NCBI RefSeq assembly: GCF_964204645.1 | Contig: NC_134029.1 | Span: forward strand, 20,888,950 to 20,952,949 | Direction of reading: 5' to 3' | Origin: Tubulanus polymorphus | Taxonomy: Eukaryota; Animalia; Nemertea | Length of the DNA stretch: 64,000 bases | Shown here: positions 40,801 to 53,400 of the stretch, one piece after another | How the letters are laid out: each line of letters opens with the position of its first letter | How positions within the stretch are numbered: position 1 is the stretch's first letter | Made by a program: the position numbers and the translations under genes | Notes under the pieces: generated by a model | Databases searched by the model: none | Told to the model about the DNA's origin: nothing | What the model saw: the letters and a program-made list of their open reading frames with translations, nothing else

Positions 40801-43800
40801 CTAACTAAGACCGGATAGTAGCTTATTGCGCGACGAACGCGTCGAACTCGAAACCGATTCCGAATCGGAAATTTCCGTCTTGCCGCGAGGACGTTTTCTT
40901 GCGCGAATACTACTCGAATCGCTCTCCTCGGCGTCCGACTGGTCGCCGCTGCAGATGGACGACGATCCGTTAAAATCGGACGGAGTCCGCGAACTACGCC
41001 TCAACTGCCGATACTCGGCCATGAAATCCAAATCTTTATTATTGCGACTGGCGCGTTGATTGCGTAAATCCCGATCGGGTGACGTCGTGCCGTGACTCGT
41101 CGCGATGCTGATCTCGTCCGCGTCCTTATCGCACGTGACGACATCGATATCCGAGTCGCGTTTACGTTTCAGCGATCGACGCCGTGTCGCGACGACCGCG
41201 GGACTAGCGGCGACGTCTACGCACTCGACGCTCGCCGTCGACGATAGTCGCATCGAGATCCGTCGAGACGATCTAACGTTCTCCCCGGCGACTACCGACG
41301 AATCGCCGTTATGAAACACGTCGCCGTTTTCGTCCGTCGTTGAGACGCGCGATTTCGTCTGCTGACTCAACGAACCGTTATTGCGTTGTTTAACCGTCGC
41401 GCCGTTTTGCGTGATCGGTTTGAAAAACTGTTCTAAATTCGACTGATTGCGATGCACGCTGTTCATCAACAGCGTTTTCTTCGGGCGGTTGTACTTATTA
41501 CATATACGCGATTTCAAACTCAGACGACCGAACGTTCGTCGGTTGCCGCCGTTTACGACCGGTTTCTTCGGTTTCGGTTCCGATTTATCCGGGGAATCGT
41601 CGTCTATGATTATAAGTTCCTCTTCGTCGTCGTCGTCGTCGGCTTCAATCACGGTATCCGCGCGAATCGCCGGCGAATTCAACGCCAAATCTCCGTCGAC
41701 TAGCGCCGCCGACAAACTCAACGACGATTCATCCTTTATCGTAGGTTCGGTCGATTTAAAGGCACTCGTGCTGCTGCGCGAACTTCGCCGCGGCGAAAAA
41801 TCGTAATTACTCACGATATCGAATATGTTTTTGTGTCCTCGATTCGTTTTATCGGGAGTTTCGGGACGCGGAGTCGATGGCGTAGTCTCCGGTTCCGGTT
41901 TAACGGCGACGACCTGACTAGTAGGTTTAGACGACGACGACGACGAGGAATCTAATGATAATACTTTCGTACACTTATTCCGAGCGATTAAACAATTCGC
42001 GGTTGATTTCCCTGCCGTGTGAGAGGAGGACGACGAGGAGTAAATATCCGACGCTATTCTAGTGACTTCTGCTGCCTTTTTTAAGATCAATGCCGGCTGA
42101 TCGTAAATATCTTTCGCTAAATTCAGATCGACGATAGTTCGCGTCTCGCGAGTTGTTAGACGCTCGCGGTTGATTATATCGAGCTGTTTATGGAATATGT
42201 CCTCTTTGAATTTGTAAAGTTGCCGTCGTATTTTCTCACGACGGTTCACCATGTAACACAGATTACGCACCTGAAACGGAATAAATTAGTTACAAAGTTT
42301 TTAAGACAACGGTTTTTACTAAAGAAAGGGTGACAGGGACCCGCAACCTCTATAAGACCCAGAAATTTTTGTGATAACCACTTAATCAATCATTTCGCTC
42401 AGTCCCCAGGTGCAGACCCAGAGGAATGTTCAAACGCCCTTTATGACCAAGTGCTTTTTTTCCAAGACACCTAGGCCTACCAGTGTGTCCTTTTCATATG
42501 AGGTAAACCCCCTTTTCTTCCAGCCGGGATCCGCTCTGGGTCCCCTACTTAATTTACTGAGTCCTCTTAGTCAAAAGTTTTTTCCACTTGGATATGAATT
42601 TGCTTAATAAACTTAATTCTTGCCATACAAGGTGAATGATAATTTCAAGTAGCTTATCATTATCAAATATCAAACAATAATCCTAATTCTGTATCATTCA
42701 TCTTAGCAGAAGCTTTAAATCTAAGTGCAATGACTTACTCTTTCGAGGTCCTGTCGTAGATGGATAAACATCTTCATTCGAGCTATGAGACAATCTTCCT
42801 GCTGCTTGCTTAACATGTCTGCCTCTTCCGTCTTAGGCATCAACAATGGCCTGTTGAAGTTGCTCTAAAAAACATAAGACCAGATATTTAAATTTCCAGA
42901 ACTGGTTATTTGACATGGCTGAGAAAATTGGGAGTAAGCATGAAGTATGGACGCACCTTTCTTTTAAGGACCCAGAAATTATAAATGAGATCAACCACCT
43001 CTTCTTCGATATCCAGATGTGCCGCTACATCAGTCACTTTTATTACTCGGTAGAATTCATCCTCCAGTTCTTTAATCCTGACAAAACAAATCAGACAATC
43101 TTATTTCTTATATCTCTGCTGATAAATTCATATATTCCGTAACGAGTGATAATTCACCAAAAACCTACTTTTCCTGTCGGAGATTTTCGCGCTCCTCACT
43201 GGTCATGGATTCTAGTTTGCTTGGTGTTAAAGGAGCGTCTTTATTCGGACTATAATCACCGGTAAAACCGTGCTTCCTCTTTGTATGTTTCGGACAGTAA
43301 GCCTGTAACGGAAGCGCCGATTAAATAAGCCCTAACTAAACAATTCCGTCTAAAATAACCACTACCTTAAAGATTTCTTTTGTTTCTTGATTCAATTTTC
43401 TCAGGGTTTCAATTAAACTATTTGTTCAAAATTCACGATTTTCACTGTAAAAATTTGGCCCCTACCCGGCAGTTTTGAATGCAGACTTCAGCGACATCTA
43501 TTGGATGTCAGGCAAAATAACAGCGAGGACGTACAATAACGCTTGAAATACTCGGATGATGTGCGTTAGCATAGAGGTACAAATATTTCCAAATCCCTGG
43601 CCTATGAGGATGGATGTAAAGATACACCCAAAACTTTAAGGGGTCAATAGTTCGATTGATTTTGAACGTTTAACCGACCTTCAGTTTGACGTCGTTGTCG
43701 GCTTCTTCAAGAATCGTATTCATTTCTAGACTGTTCTGGAATCCGCACGTGACGTGAAACGCCGTTTTACAAGATTTCACCGAACACTGTATACAAGCAC

Positions 43801-46800
43801 CCATACGATCGCGACATATACAACACACTAACGCCCATCGACTAGCCTAAAACGAAAGCACTAACAGTTAAGAAACAACCTAGGGTACCAATTATTGGCT
43901 AATAGGGAACCTAAACCCAAAATATCAATAAACAATCTTCTAGAATATTAAGTTTCGAGTTAAGATAATTAACAGATCCAATTCAATCTAGATTGTAACA
44001 CCGACAACACATTCAACCAGAACGGCAGAATGAGGATTATCAACTGATTGAACATTGAGTTAGATTAACTCAATATAGTAATTTGAATTAATAATTCAAA
44101 TACCTATAATTTCAAATCCAGACAGTGCCTCATTTTATCATAACCTTTTGATAGCTCGACAATAACACTTACAGGAATATTAGATATTTTAGTAATCGGT
44201 TCCATTTTTTCCACACAACCGATGCTGACTTCAGGGATCCATAGCGCACAGCTTACATGAGACCATTTAGTTCCACTCCTAAAAATATTACAAATTCTTC
44301 AGCTATGCATCCATTTTTAAGTAACAGCCAGGTGTGGATTTATTAAGTTCTAGCGTACCTGGTACTTTTCATCGCACCGGAGGTTTTTGGACAGAATATA
44401 CATTGAGGCTGTAACCCTAGAGCGCACGTTCTACACAGCCACGTTCCTTCGGGTATTGTCTGAATACCGTAGCACGCCTACAAAAAAACAAAATAAAGCC
44501 CAATATTGAAATTTTTGTTGTTCCTAACAGGTGCGAAATGCGAAGAAAAATATAAATATTCACCTGATGAACGCAAATATCACAAGCATCACAGAAAACC
44601 ATTTCATTACCATCTTCACTTTCAGTCTGCAAAAAATTCGGATGATCTACATGACCAGAGACAGTAGTGTAATGATCGACGACTTGGAATAGAGAAATAC
44701 TTACCGATCTACAAACATCACAGATAATGTTTTCATCATATTCTATACCGAGACCCTCCGCCGTTTTTATGGTTTCTTGCATCTTTTCATGACACTACAA
44801 ATTGATACGATACCAGTAAAGTTTCATAACGGCTATGATGGTGACATCTAATTGTTTTCGGTGTACATTATCTTGCATTGAAAGAACTAATTTTGGGACC
44901 AAAATGAGTATACAGAGCTGCCAACCTCTCAACAGTGCTATCAGTAACAAAATTTATCTTTTTCAGTAACATTTCATTGAAAAACGAAAGACAATGTTCA
45001 AATTAAACACTAATCAACAGTAAGAACCTCTCAGTAACATCTTTCATATTTCTGTTCAAATTAATCAGTAATCAACAGTAAGATCCTCTCAGTAGTAACG
45101 ACTACTGAAAATCCGGAACAGTTGGCAGCTCTTTAGCATATGGGCGTCTTATCCTCTAAACAAACATACTTGATTTTCGAACTCCTCGAGAGTTTTCTCC
45201 ATAATCCATTCGTGTATTTCGGTGAAGCCTAGCTCGACGCGATCTTCGTTAACCCTTTGCAACCAGAGCACGTCCAAGTCGTCCAGGTCGTATCGTACGA
45301 CTTGTTCCGACAGCTGGTGCATACCGGTCAACTCGTGGTTACCCTGTTTATAATCGTCGTCGTGTGTAGCGTGTAACAACTTACGCTGAGGTCTAAATCA
45401 ATTAAGAAACATTATTTCTGATTAATGAAATTTGTGTCTCAATTCTTTGCCTCAATTTTTTCTTAAATGTCAATTAATCATCGGATTAAAGCAACATCAC
45501 CAAAATACGAACATCTCATTCCAATGAATAAGGCGTAGTAGCTTACTAGCGCACTTACTATAAATTAGACTAGCATTTACGACATTGTGATTGCTTTGGG
45601 TACAATTTCCGAAATTTTTGGTTTAGTTGCTGCCGGTTACTTTATATAAGGACAACAATTCAAACTTAACCATTTAAGCTTAAACTTTTTCAAGAAACTG
45701 GACCCTGATCTGCTGATAAGTAAAGGATCAATATTGCAGGTACTATTCATTATGAAGTTTCCTTTGATTTGGCAAAAGAACTACAATTCTGATAGGACAT
45801 TGAAAAATATCGGGTAGTTATCCAGAGAGGGAGGCAATGTTCCTAGAATCGTCGACAGTTCCACTTACAGTTTGAAATCTCCACTGGTAATGCAAGTGTA
45901 TTTATCGTCGATCTTTCTGAATGATGGATGAAGCACGGCGTCCGGTTTGACGGGTACCTGAACGCCTTTCTCCCACTCCATCTTCCACGTGTCGTTGATT
46001 AGATAGTATTCATCTGCTTGTAGCTGATCCGTATCGGGCAATTTCATCGCGCTGATCAAATCAGTACGAAACAACTGAAAAAAAAAAACGTTAAAAGTTT
46101 CGAGTCAATTTATGCGTTTTACTTCTGCTAATTATAAATGTGAACAACAGGAACCAATTTCCACAGGTTTTCCAACGAATTATTGCTAATCTGGTTGAAG
46201 AATAAAACCCATAATCAAAGAAAAGCTGTAAGCGGATATTGACTGAATCAGCCGCCAGTTTCTGAAAAGTTGGTCAGAGTTAACCAGTGGATAGTTGACA
46301 TCGTGACAATTGAAAATCCATTGTTGCTACGGTTTTTATCCACTGGTTATCTTTAACTAACATTTGAACGACTGGCTCCTCATTGTCGTTCGTCTACGAA
46401 AATCAACTAATCAAGTTTTTGTGTAATTAAATGAACACGAACCATCTCCCTCACGCAGGAAATAAATAATCATTTACAAAACTGCAAACTGACCTCTGCC
46501 GGCTTCTTTGAGTTCATTGAATTTTTGTTGACATGATCTCCACTCATTTTACTAAGACATGGGGACACGTTCATTGCTGCAATCAAATAATTTCTCCATT
46601 GAGAAAGCACTTTCTTAACTAGTTCAAAACGGCAACGACACGAAATACATAGTTACCGCGATTGTCAGTATCATCAATATCAGATGGTGCATCACAGTCT
46701 AAATTCGGGCTCGCCGTTAGCTTGTCTTTCCTCTCACCTCCACTGTCTAAAAGAAAATGAAGAATATCACCAACCATTAATATTTACTGTAAGACTAGGC

Positions 46801-46890
46801 CCATCTGGTTGTAGTCAACTAGTCGTGGAACTTACCCAGTTCTTCAGCTTTGCCCTTGCCCTTGGCCCGTCGAGATCGGGGCACGGACAT
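40801..46890 (-). CDS. JADE: JADE family protein (PHF15/16/17-like; EPC/PZP scaffold of the HBO1 acetyltransferase complex)
   Basis: About 14 exons: 46890-46836, 46746-46657, 46576-46494, 46074-45869, 45392-45170, 44794-44705, seven short exons between about 44626 and 42740, and 42270-40801. Motifs [44 protein letters not shown]1 ([27 protein letters not shown]), Zn knuckle and PHD2 ([32 protein letters not shown]), [21 protein letters not shown]; no bromodomain, hence JADE rather than BRPF. Confidence 0.95.
44914..45132. mobile_element. MITE in a JADE intron
   Basis: Perfect 12-bp TIR AGAGCTGCCAAC / GTTGGCAGCTCT; internal cagtaa repeats. Confidence 0.75.
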
Positions 46891-47469
46891 GACGACTCTT
46901 CTGCAAACAAGATTTCGATACATTTAGATACATTTACGATGACATTTGCAAGTATGATTGATTAAATAGTATGATAGTGGTAGTTGTGTGACCGTAACTT
47001 TGGCCCCAAGCCTAAAACCACCTTGGGTTGAATGTTTCTAGGCAGAATGCTTTGCCGTAAATAAAATGATGGAAAAGTTGCTAGGCCTATATCACTACAT
47101 CAGTATCAGCATATAAGTGAGTGACCGCTCTGCGATCTTGCACTACATGGTCATGGGTACTTGTCAAAGGGTCAATATATATAAAGAATTGCTTGTAACT
47201 AAGTCTACAATGTAATTCATGCCCTGATCAATTATCAGTTGAACGAACTGCTCCATGCAGTACGTGGGCAACACTATTCTTATTTTCAAATTTTCACTCC
47301 CAAAAAATCAATCATATTTCTCATATTTGCTTAACTTTTGGTTTCATTAGTCTACACACTTCCCAGTCATAAATTCGAACTAATACTCTAAAGCAGATCA
47401 GTTAAAATAGCATGAATTGAAGCGTGAACATGGATTTAAAATGTGACACGGAAAATTTTCGTCAAAAAC

Positions 47470-47765
47470 AAAATATTATGTGACGTCATAAATTACAATA
47501 TGGCCGCCATTTTTTGCAGAAATTTTTAAGATCGGATTTTCTCGGGGATAATTCGTCGCTTTCTCTCACCGCAATCTTTTCTTTCGATCGGTCGCTGCAG
47601 TCTTCGGGAAACGAGGAACGGTAAAAACAGATTTGTTACAGTTTTCTCAATTTCGATGAGCGAATAATCGAATTTCTTTCCGCGAAATTTTATTTGGCGC
47701 CATCGTAAAAATTAGTACGCCATCATAATATCACGTGACTGCGACGCGGATTCCGCGCGAGAATG
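47470..47765. promoter_or_regulatory. Probable bidirectional promoter (JADE / 48497 gene)
   Basis: Lies between divergent genes; full CRE TGACGTCA (47481-47488), back-to-back YY1-type AATATGGCCGCCATTTT (47497-47513), TCACGTGA E-box (47731-47738), CpG-rich. Confidence 0.65.
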
Positions 47766-48496
47766 AGACGGAGAAAAATTAATTTATTCATCGAAAATTG
47801 TATGTAAACAAGTTAGAAATGTACAATAAAAACAGGACAATCATGCTATTGTTGTCCAACAAATATTTGATTTATTTAGTATTACGTCATTATTACCGTC
47901 AAGTGCTGCTACCTACAATCAAACTTAGGGTTCGAATCCGTTTGTGGCAATTATTTTTAGAAACGGTTTATTCAGTAAAAAATATAGTTTGTAATATCAA
48001 TTAGTAAGAATTCAAGATATATTTATTTGACAATTTTTTTTGCTGCTCAAACGGATACAATTTTTTTGTGGTTTGGTTGCAGATTCGAACCCACCACCCA
48101 GACAGGCAGCAGCATCACGTAGGCCAGAGGGGTGGAAAAGCTTGAAGTTGCTGGCAATGAATAAAGATTCTTTTTAAACACATCACATGAGCTGTATGTT
48201 TGTTTTGAATAGATAGATAAATCACAAGAATTAAATTTGTATTCAGAGAGGCCAAAAGTTATCTTATTGATATTCTTAGCCAGGTGTCATTCTTAAAATG
48301 TTCAGTCATTTTCTAAAATAACAGTTAGTTAGAGTTAATTGGAGTCAAAAGTGATCCTTTTATATTTCAGACTCGACATAAGCAACAAAAAACAAGCGTT
48401 CTGATTTCTGCAAGTTGAAAGATGTAGCGAATTTGAAAAACTGCTGAACTTCATTCATTTTTGTGTCAAAAAACGTTGATTAGCAATTCAACAGAA

Positions 48497-49351
48497 ATGG
48501 AGAATAACGAACTAGATGATAGTTTCGACGAGCCCTTTTTCAGTGAACTGTCTCATTCTCACAGCACCGGAAACCTGGCCGAGTCGTTGCACAGCGGATC
48601 GGATAGCGGATCGGATATAGCGCCATCCGAATCCGTGGTTTCGTTGTCCGATTCGGAAACCAATTACGTACCGTATCAAGCGAATCGGTTGCTGCGTCGT
48701 CGAGGCTCGGCTCCACCGGCCGTGCTGGAACACCTGAAAACTGCGTTCCCTCTAACGCAGAAACAGATCGTCGAAGAAGATGAAAGTGCAAACGGCGAGG
48801 CGAAATACTCGCCTAAAACGGCGCCCGCGTTCTCGTCGAAACGCTACATAACCCGGCGCGGTTCGTTACCGCCGGCGTTTTCGTCCGAAAAGAAATCCGT
48901 CCGCGATTCGGCGACCGATCGTAAAACGCAGGAGTTCGGCAGTACGTCGATGTCGCAGCCGTATCACTCGGCGATACTGAACCGGTTTTATCAGCGATTG
49001 AATTCGGTGCCGCCGCCGGCGCAGTCGTTACACCGGCGCTCGTCCACCGAGGATCTGAACGAAGTGTACAAGAAAATCGGAATCGATAACGATTTAAACC
49101 CGGCGACGCCGTCGACTCAACCGGCCGCGCATAGCAGCAATTTCCTGTCTCTACTCGGAGTCGCCGGGTTTAAGAAGCCGACCACTCCGGAGATTAAACG
49201 TAAAGGTTATTGGCTGTCTAGTATGTTTGTTCCAGCGACTCCGGCGGTTAATGAAGATGTTGGCGCGGTGAAGAAGGCCGTTTCGGAGATACCGGTGAAG
49301 AAATCGTTGCGCCGACGCGATATTAATTGTTTCGCGCCGACCTCTATGTAA
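48497..49351 (+). CDS. Single-coding-exon, disordered Ser/Pro-rich protein (284 aa) with a C-terminus resembling p33MONOX/KIAA1191
   Basis: Long GC-rich ORF in AT-rich surroundings, ATG at 48497 after an acceptor at 48369-48370; repeated RRGSxPP; ends GYWLSSMF...RRRDINCFAPTSM. The gene itself is well supported; the family assignment rests on a short remembered motif only. Confidence 0.8.
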   Translation: MENNELDDSFDEPFFSELSHSHSTGNLAESLHSGSDSGSDIAPSESVVSLSDSETNYVPYQANRLLRRRGSAPPAVLEHLKTAFPLTQKQIVEEDESANGEAKYSPKTAPAFSSKRYITRRGSLPPAFSSEKKSVRDSATDRKTQEFGSTSMSQPYHSAILNRFYQRLNSVPPPAQSLHRRSSTEDLNEVYKKIGIDNDLNPATPSTQPAAHSSNFLSLLGVAGFKKPTTPEIKRKGYWLSSMFVPATPAVNEDVGAVKKAVSEIPVKKSLRRRDINCFAPTSM

Positions 49352-50486
49352 ATCGTAAAGAGATAATTACTCAGAAGTATTATTGATGCTATATCAGTGT
49401 TCTATCATACAGTATTAATTGTATTATACCAAATACTAGCAAAAATACATAAAGAGAAGTAAGAGTTATTCAGAAAATGAAATGATAGTCTATTTAAATC
49501 AAAACTGCTTATTCAGAAATTCAGTTATTCATGATTATTTTCCTTTTATGTATTTTTGCAATACTTAAGTGGATGTTGGATGTATTCCTTAACTACCTAC
49601 ATGCGTGTTCCATTGATTAAAGAAATTTAATTAATTTTTATCAGTCTCAATATTGCTCAATGAGATACATATGAATCGACTGCTTATTTATGTCAATTTG
49701 TCTCAACTCATTCTTAAGGCATGGGTCACTTAATCCGTAATGAATAATGTCTCGCAATATGAAATAATTAGTCACTATAAGTATTGTCTCGAGTGCCATG
49801 TATTTAATTTGTTGTAATTATTTAATGCTGGATAGTATCTTAGTATTTAATGTATAAAGCCCATACTTCCATTAATGCCGTTCACCGATAAAATGTTGTC
49901 AAAAAAACTAATATTTACTTTTATGCTGATTTTTTGATGCAATAAATTAATGAACAAAATCTAAAACCATTCTTTAGTTAAGTTAGTGAATCATTAGATT
50001 AGATCTAAAATTCACTACGTTTAGTTTTGGTGTGAAATTGTAATTATTTTCCATTATATCTCGATGGCTCATTTTTCTTCTGGATGGGGTTCGAACCTGT
50101 TAGCATCGCGATACTACCACCCACCCATAGATTGATTCCACATCTCAGATTCATTGTGGGCTTGCTCCGATACTCGCGTGCCATAGTTAGATTAAGTAGC
50201 GCGCCTAATAACCGACTAGCATGCCAGGGACCTATGCTAACCATTGCACTCTTCCATAGGGACCTCCGTTGTTTTTACGACCCGGTCCGAGAGTCAGCCG
50301 TCAGACACCCGGGTTTCCTTGATAAACCAAATAGTTTTTAAGACACAAATAATTTGTTTATTACGTTTAAACTTATACAAAATTCTATATATACATGTAT
50401 TACATATCAGTGACAATGCATACATTAAATGCCAAAATGATAACAAAACATGGAAAGTGTAGATCTTCGTAGCACATAAAAATATA

Positions 50487-53400
50487 TCAGACAATGATAT
50501 CGTCATCGTTATCAAGTTGTTCTGGTGAATAGTTCAAAGTGTACTGTCTTTTCTGTCTGGTAAACTGGGGTCGACTTTCGTTATATCCCGCAGGTGTTGT
50601 CGACGTATCTGGAGTGTAACTGGACATTCCATTGTAAACGGTATGGATGCCGCTATCGTCACTCGATATGGTACTGTGATAGGGTGGTGACGATGAATTT
50701 TGTGGCGTGGTCTTTGCTCGAACGTTGTTGTACCTATTGTCGTAATACCCGGGTCTAACGTGGTGTGTATATCGATAATGGTCGGATATGTCCGACCCGT
50801 CCAGCGCGTTGTCTATCGCGCTATCGTCCAAATTTACATCCTCTAAAGAACGTACGTAAGCCATGTTAGCCCTAGCGTGTATATTGGTAAAATGTGCGCG
50901 TACTTGTGCCGGGTCTAGATCCTCGCCAGGAGGAATGTGCCCGTTCGGTATTTTGTCATCTAGATGCCGCGTTAGGTCGGTTTCGATGACGTCACCAGGA
51001 TGTGCTCCGTCCGTCTGACTGTGAACTATAACGTCGACGTTTACCGGGTTTATCTGTAATTTGCCGGAGACGGTTGCCTGTCGTCCGGACTGCCTGCGAT
51101 TGTCTCCTCGGATGTACGACTGAAACTTATCGGCTCCGTACACGTACAGTCGATCGTTTAATTCACGAATAGTGACGTCTTTCTAAAATCAAAAAATTAA
51201 AAAATCAACGATTTAATCTCCTGTCGTTGTTTGGTCGTTTCTATTGTTTGTAAATACATGGCAGATTCTGCCGTATTCGGTAGCATGATGTTGAATATTT
51301 AATCGATTTTTAAGACGACTTTCCAATAAAGAATGAAATTTTGAGAGTTGACTGATTCCGAGTTTGTGGCAAATTCTCTGAATATATCTACATGCATTAT
51401 ATTCAAATTTGCCGGAATTCCGATTGTATCACCTGTTTGATCGTTTGCTTGAGATTTTCTATTTCGTTCACCAGCGCTTCCTGCCACGAGTCGGTCTCCT
51501 TTTTACTACCGCCGAATATTTTCCTCAGGAACGAGCTCGACTTGTCCTTGGCATCTTGTGTTTTTCGTAGCGACTCGCTGAATTTCAAACGTTCGTCCCC
51601 GTTTTGCGCTCCTTTCAGTATCCGCCGATGATGTAATATCTGAAGTTCATTTGAGATTCAGACGACTTAATGCAACCATCATTAGGAATCAAGACGATCG
51701 ATATTTCATAAATATAACTTGATATTTGCCTATACCTTCGGTATAAAAAGCACGCTGGTATTTGAAGCGGTGAGAACCAAAATGGCAAGTCCGGTTACAC
51801 CGTACGACACGGTCTCTTCAGCGCTTGATATCAGCATCGTAGGGACCAATAAAACTCCTACAATTAATCGGTAAATATATTCGTGAAAAATATATCTTTG
51901 AAATTATGTATTAAATGTTTGAAGTCATTCTCGACAAGCAAGTCTTCTTAAATATTCTGCGCTCCACAAATTTTTCATTTTAATCGACGAAATAATGATA
52001 TTTTGCACCTTGAAAACTGGTTTTAAAGATTACCTGAAAGGACGACGTTATACATCACGAGATATACATAGGGGGCATCTTGCATAGAAGGTAGTGTCAC
52101 GTGACGAGTATGCCAGGCGAAATACATGCAGGCGGCCAATATAGCACCTTTATACGCGTAAAACAGCACAACCCACAGAGCACGAATGTTAGACCAACAT
52201 TGTTCGTGTCGGTAGATATAATCCGTACCCGTATCACTCTGAAACATATAGACACAAGGGTGTGATCATTAAGATATTTCATTGAATAAAACAAATAAAA
52301 CATGTTTATGGTCTGGTCTGTCATGGTCTGATTCAGCTGATTCGGGGTGCTACCCCAAAACGGGGCATATCATGCAACGCAGAGAAAGCTAAAATTTACA
52401 AAAATAAACTAAGCTTATTTCATTTTGGGTGACTTGACATCTTTAGGGGGATGCGCACCCTTCCTCGGACCCGCCCATCATCTATTAGTTACGATTATTT
52501 ATTTCAAGCGTCATAGAATCATTACGAAAATGCTCACCTTATACAGCCAGGCGATGTTCCTGGTTTGGCACTCTGGGGTGTCTCCAAAACTCCAAATAGA
52601 TACTAATATAATATCTAACACTACGAATATAAGTATTACAGCTAAAAGCACCAGATCTTGAGTTATCTGTAAAAATATGAACATCTTGAAAATCAAATCA
52701 CGCGATCCAGGGCTCGGTTGTTTGGATCATGCATACGGTACCTTCCCGTTGCGACTTAGGTTTCTAAAGATAACGTAAACTCGCCATACTTTCAATAAAC
52801 AAGTTCCATAAAACATCGATGATGATATGGGTAAAATATACCGGGCAGCCTGGAAAAATTTCAGACGAAAGGATCACGCATAGTTAATCATTTCTATAGT
52901 TGATATCGAGAGTTGATATTGTACAAGTGTATAATTAAACAGGGGCGGATCTTTGACAAGGAGGCGCGCTTCAAATAGAAAGAAATTTGTTGTCGCTGGG
53001 GCTTACGAAGACGATTTGGAAAAATCTATGCATTTTTCATGGCAGTTCAATATTTTCAAAAAATGAATTCATGTATCAATCTTTATATTTTCCTTAATGT
53101 TCAACAACAACACTCGATAGAAAAGGGGGGACGATGGGGCACGTCCCGTGCGTTAAATCCGCCCCTGTTCATTGAAGAGATTATTGATAATCGGACCGCG
53201 TACCCAGAGCAGACGTTTGGACGAATAGGCCGATTGCGAGCTGATCTCACAACCGCGTAATATCACATATAGACAGGCTAATACTGATCCCGATAATATT
53301 ATTACATTCAAATTAGGACTGGTCATCTTTATGAACCTAAAAATTGAAGAAAAAATCATTGCGTAATACGAAAATAGTTCCAAAATATTATTTCATAAAA

